Shown here: piece by piece, positions 11,869 through 25,559 of the stretch
Numbering within the stretch: the stretch's first letter is position 1
How the letters are laid out: every line of letters starts with the position of its first letter
Assembly: GCF_036321535.1 (NCBI RefSeq)
Contig: NC_087436.1
Span: forward strand, 74,960,001 to 75,024,000
Length of the DNA stretch: 64,000 nucleotides
Reading direction: 5' to 3'
Source: Camelus dromedarius
Lineage: Eukaryota
Translations under genes and position numbers: made by a program
Notes under the pieces: model-generated
The model's input: the letters and a program-made list of their open reading frames with translations, nothing else
Database searches by the model: none
Told to the model about the DNA's origin: nothing

Positions 11869-14800
11869 GGGGGAGTTTGCCCTGGTGCCCAGTGGGCCAC
11901 CAGATCCACCCTCAGGGCTGAAGCTCTTATTTCCCCAGCTGCTGAGTGTGTAGCTGGCAGCAGCTGACAGCCTCTGGGAATTGCCTTCACCCAAGGTCAG
12001 GCACCCTTCTCGGCACTGGTTGATGCCAGGGTATATATGTCCCACCCTTCCCTCCCTAATTCCAGTCAAATCTGAATGGTCATCCCAGCTTCAGAACTTC
12101 TTTTGGGGTCACTGATGCCTTTGCTGTGACTGTCTTATGTTCAACCTCTCCCTCTGCCTACTCCTGCTGGCTTCTCTTCCATTGACACGGGTTAATCCTA
12201 AAATGTTCCCAAATAAAGTTTCTGCTTGTTAAATTCCTTATCAGTATACTTACCAGGGAGCCTGACCTGCAGAGGTAGGTACCAGAATTTGCTCAAGAAA
12301 GCCAAGGCTAAAATGGGATTCTGGAGCTGAATCCCACAGCAGCTGGCTGGCAATGAGGACCACACTCCTGGGAGCCTGCACTATGCCTGCACAAGGTAGC
12401 AGTGTAACTGTGAATACTCCTACCTGTTGTGGCCTGGGATGGGTGGCAAGCCAGTAAAAGGGATTGCACTAGGAAGTGCATTTGAGAAATATTGAGGAAT
12501 TAGTAATTCTAAGAAAAATGGAATTAGATGGCTATTGCTGTAGGCATTAGATAATTTGGAAAAAGATCATAGAAGGCACAGAATGATTAATCAGCAATAG
12601 ACTAGATATGAAAGCCAGGTGACCTCTTTGGAGCACATTAAGAGAGTCTCCTCTTCCGCTGGCAAAGAGCAGGGAAATCTAAGGACCAGGTCCAGGACTT
12701 ATTTATAACTGCTGCAGAGCTCCAGAGAAGGTTGAACCCTCAACCTAGCCAGGTCTGTAACAATAGGACCCTAAAAACTGAGATGGGAGCATCTGGATTG
12801 ATGCACTGGAAAGGATTAAACTCTCAGAATCCACTGGGGCCTTGAACCCGCAGAAGTGGGCAGTGCTGTTGGAGGAGGCACATTCCCGCTGACTGTGAAA
12901 GAGAACATGGGCCTCCTTCAGTCTCTGCACCATCGCTTCTCCTCCCACCAAATCAGTAAGCAGAGTGCGCTCACAGCACAAGTGCTGGGCCTGCTGGGGG
13001 AGGAAAGGGTCTATATACCCAGAGGGACCTGCAGGACCTGGCTAACATTTGCGAGCAAGATCTGAGAGGGTACATGTGAATGTGAACTCTAAGACTGCCA
13101 AATGAAGGAGCTGGTAGGACATAAGATGGATGAGAGGAGGTTACCATTATGGGAAAGCTCTTTGGGATAAAGGATTTAACAGCACAGCAAAGACCCCAAG
13201 GCAGACACATTCCTGGGCTGGTTTCTCCTGGGCCATCATCTATCAAACTTCTAAATGAATATTACTGCCAGATTTGCTGTGGCAGACAGTGAAAGGAGGG
13301 ATCAAAACGGTTCAGAGAAGTGGGTGTGCTGGAGTGGATATACTGAGACATCAGAAAGCTCATCACATAATTATGTTCGGTGGGAGAGCCTGGAGGCTCT
13401 TTAGTTTACTAAAACAGTAAGGGATGCTGCCGAAAAGGCACCCCTGAGATGCTTCCTCTGTAGGGCAGGGCTCTTGCAGGAGAGGCCAGTACAGAACTGG
13501 GCTTCCTGATAAAAAGCGGGGTGAACGTTTCCAGAAACAATAGAAGTGAGGTGGCACCACGAGCAGCAAGGAGGGCACAGTTACCATAATGAGCAGGAAA
13601 AACAGCATGGCGCCCACGGGGCAATCACCGGAGCTAAGGAAATGGCTAGTAGAACATGTTATCCGTATGGGCAAGGCAGATGTGCTGCCAGCGAAGCTAT
13701 TGCTCAAGCTATTCAACTGAAAAAAAAAAAAGTCAAGATGGACAGGAAGGTAAAGTCAGACATCGGAATAAATTGTTAGGATCTCTTGCCCATGTTTTGG
13801 ACCTGAGCCCATTTTGGGCCCCATAAATCATGGGCTGAGAGGCCTAGTTCCCCAGGAGAAAAGACCCTGCAACATCACAAACAGTGCACATGGAAACGAC
13901 CAGCAGACCTGTGGCCATTTACTGAGGAATCTATATACCGGGGAAAGAACAGTACCCACATATTTGGGGAACTCTCAGACACAGGGAGTCACCTGGCACT
14001 GAGAGCCGGGCACATAAAACACCATCATGGCCCAGACCCAGTTCACAGTGAGTTCGCTGGGTTCACAGACCTACCCATTATCTCCTTTCCTAACCACCAA
14101 TTGTACGGCTGGAATGGACATACTTGGAAGCTGGCAAAATCACAGTGGTTCCTAGATCTGTGGGATAAGAGCTATCATATCATGAAAAATCCAATGGAAT
14201 GCCTCCCTTGCTACAATCAGTATTGTATTATGGGGAAAATGGTGAAGATTAGGACCACTCTTAAAGACCTAAAGCATGTGGGAGCAATGGTCCCCATCAT
14301 ATCTCCATTTAATTCACCAGTGTGGCCTATACAAAAGCCAGATGGATCCTGCAAATAGTTTCCTACAAGCTTAACCAAATATTTATACTAACTGTGCATT
14401 GGGCCAGGTGTGGTATCTTTTAATAGAGCAGATTGACAAATCCTTAGCCATTTGGTATACAGCCATTAATCTGGTAAATATTTTCTTTTCCATTCTTATC
14501 AGAAATGGTTTGCATTCACTTGGAACACACTACAATAAATATTATACCTGCAATCTTGCCCCAGGACTGAGTTTCCTTTCTTGTCCTCTGTCATAAAGTA
14601 ATCTGACATTCCCCTAGAATTTCACCCTGGCCCACTCTATTGATGACATCATCCTAATCTGACTAGAGAAGCAACAAGTGGCAAGTATGTAAAAGACCCC
14701 AGTTCTCCAGAGAGGGTAAGAAAAAACCTATGAAGATTCGGGAGTCAACCCTATCAGTGAGATGTTTAGGGATCCAGTGGTCTGGGGCTTGCCAGGACTT

Positions 14801-15672
14801 CCCCTCCAAAGTAAAGGATAAACAACCGCACCATGCGCTTCCCACCATGAAGAAGGAATACAATGCCCAGTGGGCTTCTAGGGTTTCTTGAAGAAGAATA
14901 TTCCAGATCTGGGAGCACTACTCCAACCAATATACGGAGTGAATGAATGGATGTCAGCTGAATGTGAATATGTTCAACAACAGCCCCCTGCGACAGTCAA
15001 GTGGCCTAGTGTCTCGCCCATGTGACCCAGCAGATCTGATGGTATCAAAGGTATCCGTGTCGAGTCTATGGCAAGGCTTCATTAGAGATCATGATGTAGA
15101 CCTTTAGGGTCCGGAATCAGGGTCATGCCATCTGCAGTGAAAAATATACTCTTTTTGAAAAAACAGCTTCTGGAGCTACACGGCCCTGTTAGCAATGGAG
15201 CAACAAGTTATCACCCGGCCGGAGCTGCCACCAGTAGTTAGGTTCTGTTGGACCCATAGGTTGTAAGGTCAAGCAGGCCAAGCAGCTATCCACTGTGAGA
15301 TGGACACGACATAGCCAAGGTCGGGCATGAGCAGAGCTGAGGGAATAAGAAAGCTGCATGATCAGCTGACCCAGGCCCCCTTGTTATCCACAGCTATTGC
15401 CCCAGTTCCTCTCCTTCAGCTCACACCAACAGTCACACTTGAAGAAATAGCTCATGAAGAAGAACAAAAGCTGAAGTGGGTTAACACATGTGTCATCTCA
15501 ATATACTGAAAACTGATGGCAGCTGCACTGAAGCTCACTCATGGGTGGCCTTGCAAGACAGGAGAAAGGGGAGAGCCTCCCAATGTGCCAATGAACAGAG
15601 CTGTGAATGGTACACTTGCTCATTCACTTTATGTAGAAAGAAAAGTGGCCCAAAGTTAGAATATACACTGAC

Positions 15673-15765
15673 TGCTATGGATTGAACGTGCCCCACACAA
15701 AATAATATGTTGAGGCCCTAATCCCCAGCATGATGGTGTTTGCAGATGGGCCTTTGGGAGGTAAC
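15673..15765 (+). mobile_element. 5' start of an MLT1A/MST-type MaLR LTR, truncated
   Basis: tgctatggattgaacgtg...atatgttgaggccctaatcccca...gggcctttgggaggtaa. Confidence 0.75.
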
Positions 15766-16040
15766 CAGAACTAGCTTTGGCCATTGTAATGTAAGCCCTG
15801 ATGGTTGTTTTTTTATTTTCTGTAATGCAAGTGCCTGACTTAGGCAGTGTCACTAACAAGGACTTAGAGGGTTTGTTCCCCGTAACATCACATCAGGACA
15901 AGGCCCCTCTTCTAACTGGCAGAGCAGTTCCCAGAGCTTTCTGATTTGCTCTTCCAAATTTGAGGTTAAAATCCTCAAATTTGCCTCAAATAAAATTTTC
16001 CATTTCTTTCTTAGATTGACTGATTAATTTTTCATCGACA
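15766..16040 (+). mobile_element. 3' part of a second LTR (probably ERV1)
   Basis: AATAAA at 15989; terminus ...aatttttcatcgaCA, after which ERVL internal sequence resumes. Confidence 0.55.
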
Positions 16041-16581
16041 TCAGGAAAAGAGGCCCATGAGAATCCTAGAAGAGCTGCTCCAGAACTTAGATGAGGTGAA
16101 TCTGAGTGAAGCAAGGGGTGAGCTCTAGTGAAAGCTGCGAAGCACAGCCCAGATCCCCTCCGGCTGTCCTCCCCACACTGCTAGGAGTGCTGGGAACCAC
16201 CCCTTCCAGCCCCACTGCCACGCTTAGCCCCCAGGCCTCTCTAAATATTGCCCTCAGCTAAAGAGACTTACCTCACAAAGTCACTCCCCTTTCTTAGGGA
16301 CAGACTGATTTGGTGATAACTTGTCAGTGCAGGGGTAGTGAAGCCTGGCCCCTTTGCCCCAACTCAGACAGCTTTGGAGAGTTACCCCAGCTACAGACTC
16401 CCCTAAGGGGTCAGTTGATGCTTTGTTAATAATTATGTTACCATAGAATTTCTCCCTTGGTGCAACCTCCCCTCCTTCCAACTCTTCCCTTCACATGGAT
16501 TAATCCTGAAACAACTTTCCAATAAACCTCCAGAACATTCATCTTTCTCTCAGTGCTTCCCAGGGATCCCAGCTCACAACA

Positions 16582-16941
16582 AACAGGGAAGGAAGTTGCA
16601 TCAGTGAGCACGCCCATTACTACTGTGGACAGCTGGGGCTCAGCCTCCCTGGGGTCCCTCCCAGAGACTGTGCTGAGCATGTCTCAGAATATCCCCCTTG
16701 AGGAATGAGGGTGTCAGAGTCTGCATCCCCCAGTTCCTACCCTTTGTCGGCTGAGGACACCGCTCTGGGGGTTTGATCACTCTGACACTTTCTTCTTCCT
16801 GCTCTGTGTGTGGGCTGAGAAAGCCCCTGCAGCTAGAGAGCAGCATCAGGTAGAATGTCTCAGGAAGCCACCCGTCTGTAAGGAGACTGTCCCGGGGTAG
16901 GTGCAGCAGTTACAAGAGGGATATTGCCACCATCCACAACA
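16582..16941 (-). mobile_element. Antisense LTR16-like LTR, right part
   Basis: actactgtggacagctggggctcagcctccctggggtccctc motif; ends ...ccacaaca. Confidence 0.55.
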
Positions 16942-17149
16942 AAGGTCGTGTGGAGCCATGCAGCGCCTTCCACTGAGGCTGGAAAAGGCTAAATTATGTT
17001 CATGAATGATAATGGAAATGGACTCAAGATGATTGTTGGAATAAAGCAGCAGAGGTTGGGGCCATGAGAAGGGACGACATCTAATGAGTCTTTGCTATCA
17101 TGTTTTCAGTGTGGAGTGCATGAGACCGCACTGGGAGAGTGTGGGTGGG

Positions 17150-17245
17150 ATGTTGTGAGGGAAAGGCACCTTATGGTTATGTTTTACAAATCTACAAGCA
17201 TCTCACTGGTTCTTGTCTTGAAGCAGAGATAAAGCTCTTGAGGAG
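17150..17245 (+). mobile_element. Possible CR1/L3 LINE fragment
   Basis: Translates LQIYKHLTGSCLEAEIKLL, similar to the CR1 ORF2 C-terminal xYKYLKGC motif. Confidence 0.35.
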
Positions 17246-17369
17246 GGGAACTGCCTTGCTCATCTCTGACGTGGCAAGATGTCAAAAGTCCGGGGGCCAC
17301 TCTGCATCTCCCCACTGCCCACCAGGCACCATGATTGATGTGACAGAGAGAAACACTGGGCTCAGGTAT

Positions 17370-17550
17370 CAGCTCTGCCACTCTACAGCTCTCTGACCTT
17401 AGCTTTGTTACTGAAACTCTTGAAATCACTATTTCCTCACTTATAAACTAGAGACAATAGCAACTGCTTTGTGGAGTTGTTGAGAGGGGTCAAGGAATGT
17501 GAAACCCCCAACACAGCTCTCAGAGGACTGGCGTGCTCAGAAAATGTCCG
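17370..17550 (+). mobile_element. MIR SINE
   Basis: cagctctgccactctacagctctctgacctt...atttcctcacttataaactagagacaatag. Confidence 0.7.
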
Positions 17551-18589
17551 CTGTTCTTTCCTCAAAAAACACTTTTGGGCTAAATGAATGAATGGATCTA
17601 AACTTATCTGTAACTTTTAGCAACATTGCACCAGTACAAAAGCTGTCATAAAGGAACGAGTGAAGGACGAAATTATCAGGAAGGACTGTTGTCAGGACCA
17701 TCCATCAGTTGTCATGAAGGATTACATTGTTCGGAGACAAATTAGTGTTATGAGTCCTGATTGCAGTGAAATCATCAGAGGCAGCTTCTAAAAGGGTCCA
17801 AGATGGACAGCATTTAAGTGTCAAACTATAGTATGCCTAAATGGAAACAAAGTGACAGCCGCAGTGGTGACTGATTAGGCCACTTGGAATCTGTTTGGTA
17901 CTAGTGTCTTTAAAATGCCTTTCTGAACCGAGGCCGCTCTACTCTACTTGATCTTTCTATGACAGTTTGAGATTTAAGAGCCTGTTCCATTTCTCCTGAA
18001 CTGTTTTTTAATGTATTCATTATACCCTGAGTGGGAGAAAAAAAAACACTTGGTACTTAATCCCACTAATCTCTCCTCTGTTGAGTATAATCCATCTTCC
18101 TAATCATCCCCCATTCGTTTTATTCACTCACTGATACGCAGTGTTGGAAAGAAGAAAATAATTTACTCAAGGCCACTGGGCAAGAGAGTTTCAGGATCAG
18201 TTTTGGGAATTTTTTAATTCATCTTCCTGAAACTTCAAATCTTTGCAGCTGTTGGCTATGCTCCAAGTCCCTGATTCTGTCATCACCAGATTTTTTAAGC
18301 AAAAAAATGCAGCATGGTCCTATGCTTTGAGGACTGAAAAAAAAAAATCTCAACTGAGGGAAGCCTTCAGAAAGTCACCTACGCACCAAAAGAAACAGAG
18401 TCAGACCATGGAAGGGTGCCAAGGAAGCAGAGGAGAATACGGCAAGTGAAGGTTATTTGTGGTGAGAACAGGGAGTGGGAGTTGGGCTTTGTAACCTGCT
18501 GATCCCTATTTCAAATTAATTCTCAGTCAGAAGTGGCTCAGAACCATCTCAGTTTATTTGCAAATGGCAAGCAATAATAGTGATAAAAA

Positions 18590-18880
18590 TCATAATAACA
18601 GCTAATAATTCCTGAGTTAATGCTTGGTCAAGTAGTTTATATTAATACTTAACATTAATACTTTGTAGTATTAATACTTTTGTATTAGTCCTCAGTAAAT
18701 TACTTTGTATTAAGTGTATACTTACTCAGTGAGTATTTAATACAGTGCCTGCTGTGTATTAAGTACTTGCACTTCAAGTATTATCCCAGTTAATCCTCAT
18801 TCCTGCCCAATGAAGTGGGGTCTCTTATTACACCCATATTATAACAGGTGAGGAAAATGAGGCATACAGAGGTCATATCA
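18590..18880 (-). mobile_element. MIR SINE with internal AT-rich expansion
   Basis: ataacagctaataattcctgag start; ttaatcctca and aggtgaggaaaatgaggcatacagagg core. Confidence 0.7.
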
Positions 18881-19242
18881 CTCAGGGTCTGGCAGGGAAA
18901 ACAATGGCCTCCTTAAAGGCTTAAATAAACTGTTTAATGAAGACTACATGGGGCCTCCTTTACACCATCGTAGGCAGAGCTGAAAGAAATCAACAAGGGA
19001 GCCAGCAAGAGCTGGAGCCGTGGAAGACTGTCCACTGCCAAAACCATGGCCCCACCACAACGGAGTGGGGACCAACTCCCTGCCCTCAGATATCCTGCCA
19101 GGTCCTCCCATCGGCTAAGCTATCCAGAGACCAGAGGGAAAAGTACCCTAATTGCTGCATTTGCTGGAGGTAAGCCTCCCAGAACGGGGTGGAGAAAGAT
19201 GGAGAATGGATCTGGGAGGGCAGATAGGGAATAACTTCTGTC
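18880..19242 (-). mobile_element. Old ERVL-type LTR (LTR33/LTR16-group-like)
   Basis: cagggtctggcagggaaaacaatggc...gtttaatgaagactac; ends gtcaca; similar in style to 4840-5165. Confidence 0.45.
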
Positions 19243-20070
19243 ACATGGCTACCTGGCTTGTTCATGGTCACTTGGTGAGAATGACTTGAAGACTCATGCT
19301 ATGAGTGACGTGTGATAGGTCCAAGGGAGCTGCTTCCTAATTGTTCCCAGCATGGGCCCTAGAAATGAAAATAGAATATCTTACTCATCCATAGTCTACC
19401 TGTGACAGGGTCAACCTTCATCCCACTGTGCCTGAAGGGGAAGTGGAGACCAGAGGTGGGTAGAGCTGGCCGACTCCCAGGGCTCTCTCAGTGCTAAATG
19501 CGCAGGGCTGGCCTTCTGGGTGGGTTACAGTCTTACAGCCTGAAGAAGCCTTCACAAATCAAAAGTAATTACCTCCCTACTTGCTCTCACTGCAGCTAAC
19601 CTGTTTCAAGAGGCAAGACAAAGTCATTGCATCAGTCTCGCCACCATCCTAGTTTAAACTTCAATGCTTCCTAACACCCTCAATGGAGGTATCAAAGGTA
19701 AGGGGTAAATATGATGCTGGCAAACCCTTTATACTTGGAAAGTATATTCTGATTATAAAAACAATAATAACATTATATTTCAACTGCGCAAAGACTCATG
19801 CAGCCTTTTTAGTTTGTTAATTTATATTTAAATACATTAATTCAAGGAACTTATAAAGCAGTCCTGTAAAGTAGGCAAGGCAGATATTGTGAACCCCATT
19901 CATAGATGGCCCTTAAGTGGCAGAGATAGGGTGAGACCTATAAAATCACTTTAGTTGAAATAGATCAATCTCCCTCTCTGTCTCTGTCTCTGTCTCTCTC
20001 TATATAAATATAAGACTTCTTTATTTATTTATAAAATCTTTAGAAACTCATAAATATGTGTTTATATATA

Positions 20071-20498
20071 CAGGTATCCCCTCTTTTCAAATGGCTTGCT
20101 TTATGCCATTTTGCTTCTATTACACTACTACCTACAATGTTAGTACCTCTTCACTAACAGAAAGAAATCCAAAGAAGATTTTCACTTTTAGGAAAAATGG
20201 CAAAAAGCAAAAACAGTGTTCAGCACTTGTTTTGCAGCAGCTGGTACAGAGGCAGCTTGCACCCCAGCAGAGAGTGGCACATCCAAGCTCTTTCCTGGGG
20301 AGCCACACTCAGCATCTCAGCATCCGGCCACCAGGGCTCTGAACTGTATCTGTGAGTATCTGTGCTTTGTCTTGATTTATTCTGAGCATCCGTTAGCAAG
20401 ATATGTACTAAAGTAACTGCTTCTTCACTTTACAGCATTTCAGCTTCCTAAAGGTTTTATAGGAACACTCTGCTTTCAGATAGCATGGGAAACGTCTG
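20071..20498. mobile_element. Non-autonomous TcMar-Tigger element (MER82-like)
   Basis: Imperfect terminal inverted repeats caggtatcccctcttttcaaa / tttcagatagcatgggaaacgtctg; preceded by TA. Confidence 0.75.
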
Positions 20499-20949
20499 TG
20501 TGTCTGTGTAACCTGAGGATCAGACTTGGTCCTCTCAAAGGCAGAGGGTGCAGTTACCTTCCATAGCCATCAATGTCAGGTTATAACTATACCAGTCAGG
20601 TAAGAATTTCTATGCACCATCCTTGAGGAGGCAGAGAAAGCACTGTGACTGGAAAACAAGTTTTAGAAGAGACATGCTGCCAAAGCCACCCATAGCCCTT
20701 CCTCACTGCAGATTTCCCTAAGACATGCCTGAGCGAGGGAGAAGCTTTAACTCGGATTAGAGATTTAAGACTTCTAGTCCCTTTTAATATAAACATTTCC
20801 ATCTCCTAAAAAATTAAGCCCTTCATTAATCCCTGAGAGTAATCAGAAAATCTATGGTATCGGCCCAAGATTTTGTTCAAGTCCTGAGAAGCGCAAATGG
20901 TAACAAAGAAGAAAGTTGCTTTCTGCTCACTCCTAAAATGTTCTGTTTA

Positions 20950-22410
20950 TTCCACAGTGAGGTCATTGGTGACACAAGGGGGGTGGTCTGGAGGCAGGAC
21001 CAGATGGACTGAGTTGCGGAATGAGAGGGATTGAGGAAATAGAGATGGTGAGAGTAGTGATTCACCTTTAAAATTTTTTTTCCTTCTGAGAAGTTTGGTT
21101 GTGAAGGTAAGAGAAGAGATTAGGGGTCAGCTGGAGGTAGATGTGAGATCAGTGGAGAAGTTCAGACTTTTAAAGAGGGAAAAAAGGGAAACGTGTAGAT
21201 ACTATGAGGATGACTGAATGGAGAGGCAAGGGTTGAAGACAGAGAAGAAAAAAGAACAAGAAGAGGCATACAGTTCCAAGTAGGAGGGAGGAGGGGAGGT
21301 CCCGCGCACAGAGGGCAAGACCAGCCTTGGATGGGGGAGGGAGGACTGTCACTCCACTCAACAGAAAGGAAGGAAACAAGAACGGGTAAAAATGGAGTTG
21401 TGTGGATCTGGAAATGGGAAAGTAAAATTTTTTATGGAATAGTTGCCATTTTCCTTATGAATTTAGAAATTAAAAACTGACCCATCTTCTCATTGATTCT
21501 GTCTTGCATACTAACTGCCAACAGATTATTTGAGAATCCAATAAATGGATAAACTTTAACATTCTGTGTGTTTGTATAATGGTTGATAGTGTTTTTAGTA
21601 ACATTGCTGCATAGAAGGTTTTAAAAATTCCAAATGATCACTTCCAGCTTGCTTTGTGGACCACCTATAAATACATCATTTCACAGCTGCTGAAGTGGAC
21701 TGTGGAAGTCCCCTACTCAAATGTAAACAGAATTCTCTCCAAGTCACTTTTTTCTTTCTTTCTTTTTTTTTAAACCTCAATCAGCAGGGCCCAAAACTTC
21801 ATGGTGAGTGAAGCCATGGCTGTGTGGCCCCTGTGGATTCTGCATTTACAGTTTCTAATTTTTACTGAATCTATAACATCACTCATGATCTTTTTGCTTT
21901 TTTTGAAAGAAAAAAAAAATGAATGCAAAAGGTATAGAGGTTAAAGTCATAAATTCCCATGTACCCATCACCAGAATCAACAAATCTGAACATTTAATGC
22001 ACTTAGTTCTAACCTTATTTTTTTTTCTACTAAAAGGCATAAAACGTAACTGATAAAGTTGAAGTTTCCTTGAGTGTGGAAAAGCCTCAGCAGAGCGAGG
22101 AGGTAATCAGTTGACCAAGGTCCCTAGAAGGCAGATTGAGGGTTCACTGCAGTTTTGAGGAGAGAATGGTGACGCAGCACTGGTGAAGTCATCAATCTAG
22201 GACAGTAGGGGCCTCCTCTTGGCTGTAGCAGGAGGGCAGGGTTGGTGGCAGAAAGTCGAGAGAGTGTTTATCTTACAGTTTCTGTTTTTTCTGTGATGGA
22301 AGCCCATGGAAGCCATTCATTTGTGGAGAGGGTAGGGGAAGTTGGTGTGCTCAGGAACTGAAGGAAAATGCAGATTTGAAACAGCCCTTGATGCAGGAGG
22401 CAAAGAGAGA
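20950..22410 (-). mobile_element. Fragmented antisense LINE-2 (about 20950-21460 and 22085-22410), interrupted by other sequence including an old L1 3' piece at about 21900-22070
   Basis: Purine-rich L2-antisense motifs (ggtcattggtgac; tgagaagtttggttgtgaagg; ttttctgtgatggaag). Confidence 0.6.
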
Positions 22411-24139
22411 CTTGATATGGTTATAGATCAGCCAATGGCTTCCTCTGGGACTTAGTCAAGTCTCCAGAATGTCTTCTGCCTTGATATCTATAGTAAAATC
22501 ACTGAAAATATATGGGCTTGTCAGGCTGTGAATCATAAGACCTCCTCTCACATTGACCCCAACCATTGGAAAGGCATCCAAAGACTTCTCTAAGAATTCT
22601 CAGATTAGGAGTGCTCCAGGACTAAATCAACCTGTACAATGTGACTGATTCTATTTCACAGGAGAGGAGGCTTGGTTGGGTGGAAAATTTCAGTGTGCAT
22701 CTCTTCCTATTTAGATAGGCCCTCTGAAAACTGGCACTTTGCCAGCATTAACATCATTGTTCATGGAAACAATTTTTTGAGAAGGAAGCGGTGAGAATCA
22801 ATCAGTCCCAAGCCTTGAGTATTTTATGCCATGTCAAAATTGGCATAAAAGCATCAAATATCACCACTGAAAAGGATTTTAGCAATCATTTCATTCAAAC
22901 ATCCATCCAGATTAGAGGGTCATATAGAACATGGCATAAATTGCATTGACTGATTTTCCATCCCCTATGACTTCTGTGCACAGTATTGTTTTCTTGATCT
23001 ATGCCAAAATAGCCTTTACTATGACAAGTGTAAGCTACCAGGAATATCGTGACATCACGGCCACCATCACTGTCATTGTCAGTGCGACAGCACGCAGACT
23101 TCTTACACTGTTTAGAAGCAGCTCAGAAGGGCACAAACTTTCTTACAAACTTTCTTCAGCAACAGCAAAAAAAATTGCCTTGCCAGCCCTTTTCTCAGCT
23201 ACGTTTTGGTTGGCTGAAGTTTGCCCTTCAGTAGATTTCTTAAGATAAGGCCCCTGGGAACATTAATTCATGATTTCTCAAATGTCTAAAACTTCAATTG
23301 CCTTCATCCTTAAACAGCCATTTGGCTGGCACTACCCCTAACCACAAACGACCACAGTCATGAGTTTCCTGTCCCTGCCTCATTGTACCCTTTCTCACTT
23401 CAGAGAAAGGTGACATAACAAATTTTTCACGAGGGTAGTTAATATCATTATTGAAAGGCTAACAGATTTTAAATTAACAATCGATGCAATTATACTTTAC
23501 ACCCTTTGTGTATGCCTTTGGGGAAAAGTGGTGTCTGTTCTCTGAGAACTGGTAATTAAAACAAGAACAAAATGGTCCTGTATGAGAGCTGGCTGGAAAT
23601 TACATTTCTAATTTGTTTATTGTTTGAGAAGCAAAATAAAATAAGCTACTCCGTGAATCTTAAGATTTGACCAGCACACATTTGGTGAGTGTTCAGCAGT
23701 AATTATTAGCATTCCACTTCTACTTGTCAATAACTGTTGATTCTAGCTTCCCTGTGGAGAACAAAAGAAACACCAGAAGTCCCCTTTCCACCATGAAAAA
23801 ACTTATATGACAATACAGTATTGTTCTGTATTATGAGACGTTGGTGAAACAGCTCTCTAATCGGAACTTTTCCCTTTAAGTTTGAACATGAGCTAAATGA
23901 GCAGCTAGCATTGTTCAGAATGAGGACCTTTTCCACAGGAATTCATGTGTAGGGGAGAAAAACTAAATTCAATATACTTCTGTGTGCTGAGATGTACGAC
24001 TTCAAACAAGCTCTAGTTTTTGGTCCTAGGCTCACCCTATCCTGAGAAATGTTCCCTTCTCCTTATTAACCTTTCTCATTAGAAACTGAAATACTTAGAG
24101 GTTGATCTTAAGTGGATCGAAGGAAACATGGTGGAATGA

Positions 24140-24310
24140 CTCTCAGAGCTGGAACAGACAGAAGTCATTTAACCAGATTATCTTATTTTCCAGATGAGGA
24201 AAGAGTAACCCAGGCTAGTTAGTAGCCTTGCCAAGGTCATATAACTAGCACATGTCAGAGTAGAATCAGAGCCCAAAAGGGGTCAGGCTTCCACATTTAA
24301 TATTCTCTCT
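24140..24310 (-). mobile_element. MIR SINE
   Basis: ttttccagatgaggaaag...ccttgccaaggtcatataactag. Confidence 0.7.
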
Positions 24311-25559
24311 GTCACCTAATCCTAATCCTGGAATAGCAAACAAACAGGAAGACATACAATTCTAATTAGTTAATTAATTAATATAGTTTGAGAATCAAGT
24401 CTTTGAAGTGTCTCCATCATTATTTTGCCCACTGGCTGCCTTCTGATTACAAAAGTCAGCAAGAGAGAAGTTCCAAGAAAGCTTAATCCAAAAAATAAAC
24501 ATTAGAGACAATACAAAATGAATTATATATTTCAGCCACTACAGTGAGTGTACCCATTACCACAAAGCAGAGAAAGCAAAACATTTTGTGTGCAGCGCAT
24601 TTCAGAGATTATAAATAAGGTCTCAAAAAAGCTAAGCCCCACAGAATACCTTTGGCACACATCTTCAAAAGGAAGATCCTAGCCCTCTAACTACTTGCCA
24701 GCTGCACCGTCTGAAGTAATCCTCTCACGTCTCTATACTTTGGTCTCCTATGAAATGTAGTAATAGCATTGAAAGCATGAATATGTATTACATAATTGTA
24801 ATAATATAAGTCTCCATGTAGTGTAATACATACCACATTATAAATATGTTCACAGATTGTGTGGCACACAGTGAAACTGCATACGTGTTTGCTACTCTGC
24901 TTCTTGTTAACATAACTGAAAGAGTCATATTCAGTATAACTCGCTTTGGGGAATGAAAGCATGGAAGGGAAGTCTGAATTAGTACTTATCAGATGGAATC
25001 AGAAAAAAATTCCCTGAGGGCACAGAATTGCACAACTGACTAAGTTCAAGAGTAGGAGGTTAAGGGGGGAAAGACTAGAGTGTGGTTGCAGAAGGTCTGA
25101 GGGCACAAACTTTGTCTCTTAAAATTAAACACCTTATGTACTAATATTTCCAAGTGACACCACCCACCTTTGCCACAATGCTAGCTAAGCTTCAGCTGAA
25201 ACTCTTGGGGTACCAGTTGCCTAACGGGCAAGCCAGCAGACTAAACAAAATACAATCCAAGGTCTCTGGTCTGAAGTCTATGACTTTAAGAGACTCACCT
25301 GAGGCTCCATAGCTAATGAGGGTCAGAAACAGGGTTGAAACTCACATTTCCTACCTCTCACTCTGCCTCTCACTTCTCTACTCTTGCTCCTATTACACAG
25401 TTATTTTTTGCTTCTACTGGGTCACTCTATCAGCTGCTTAAAGTTGAATTTTATTAAACTGGATAAATGTTTTATTCTAATCAAAAAGAACCCATGCATT
25501 CAATTTCAGTCACATCACTATTTGAGAGGTAACAAGCTACCCGGAGATAATAATGTGTT

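Larger units (their letters stand above)
11870..16581 (+). mobile_element. Decayed ERVL provirus (ERV3-16A3/LTR16-like) with both LTRs and gag/pol remnants
   Basis: 5' LTR about 11870-12273 (AATAAA 12212); internal start ggtaggtaccag; RT motifs PFNSPVWPIQKPDGS (ORF 14101-14358), HSIDDIIL at 14633-14656 (YIDD box) and LGIQWSGAC; purine tract aagcaaggggtgagc 16109-16123; 3' LTR about 16124-16581 (AATAAA 16521, ends ACA). Confidence 0.88.
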
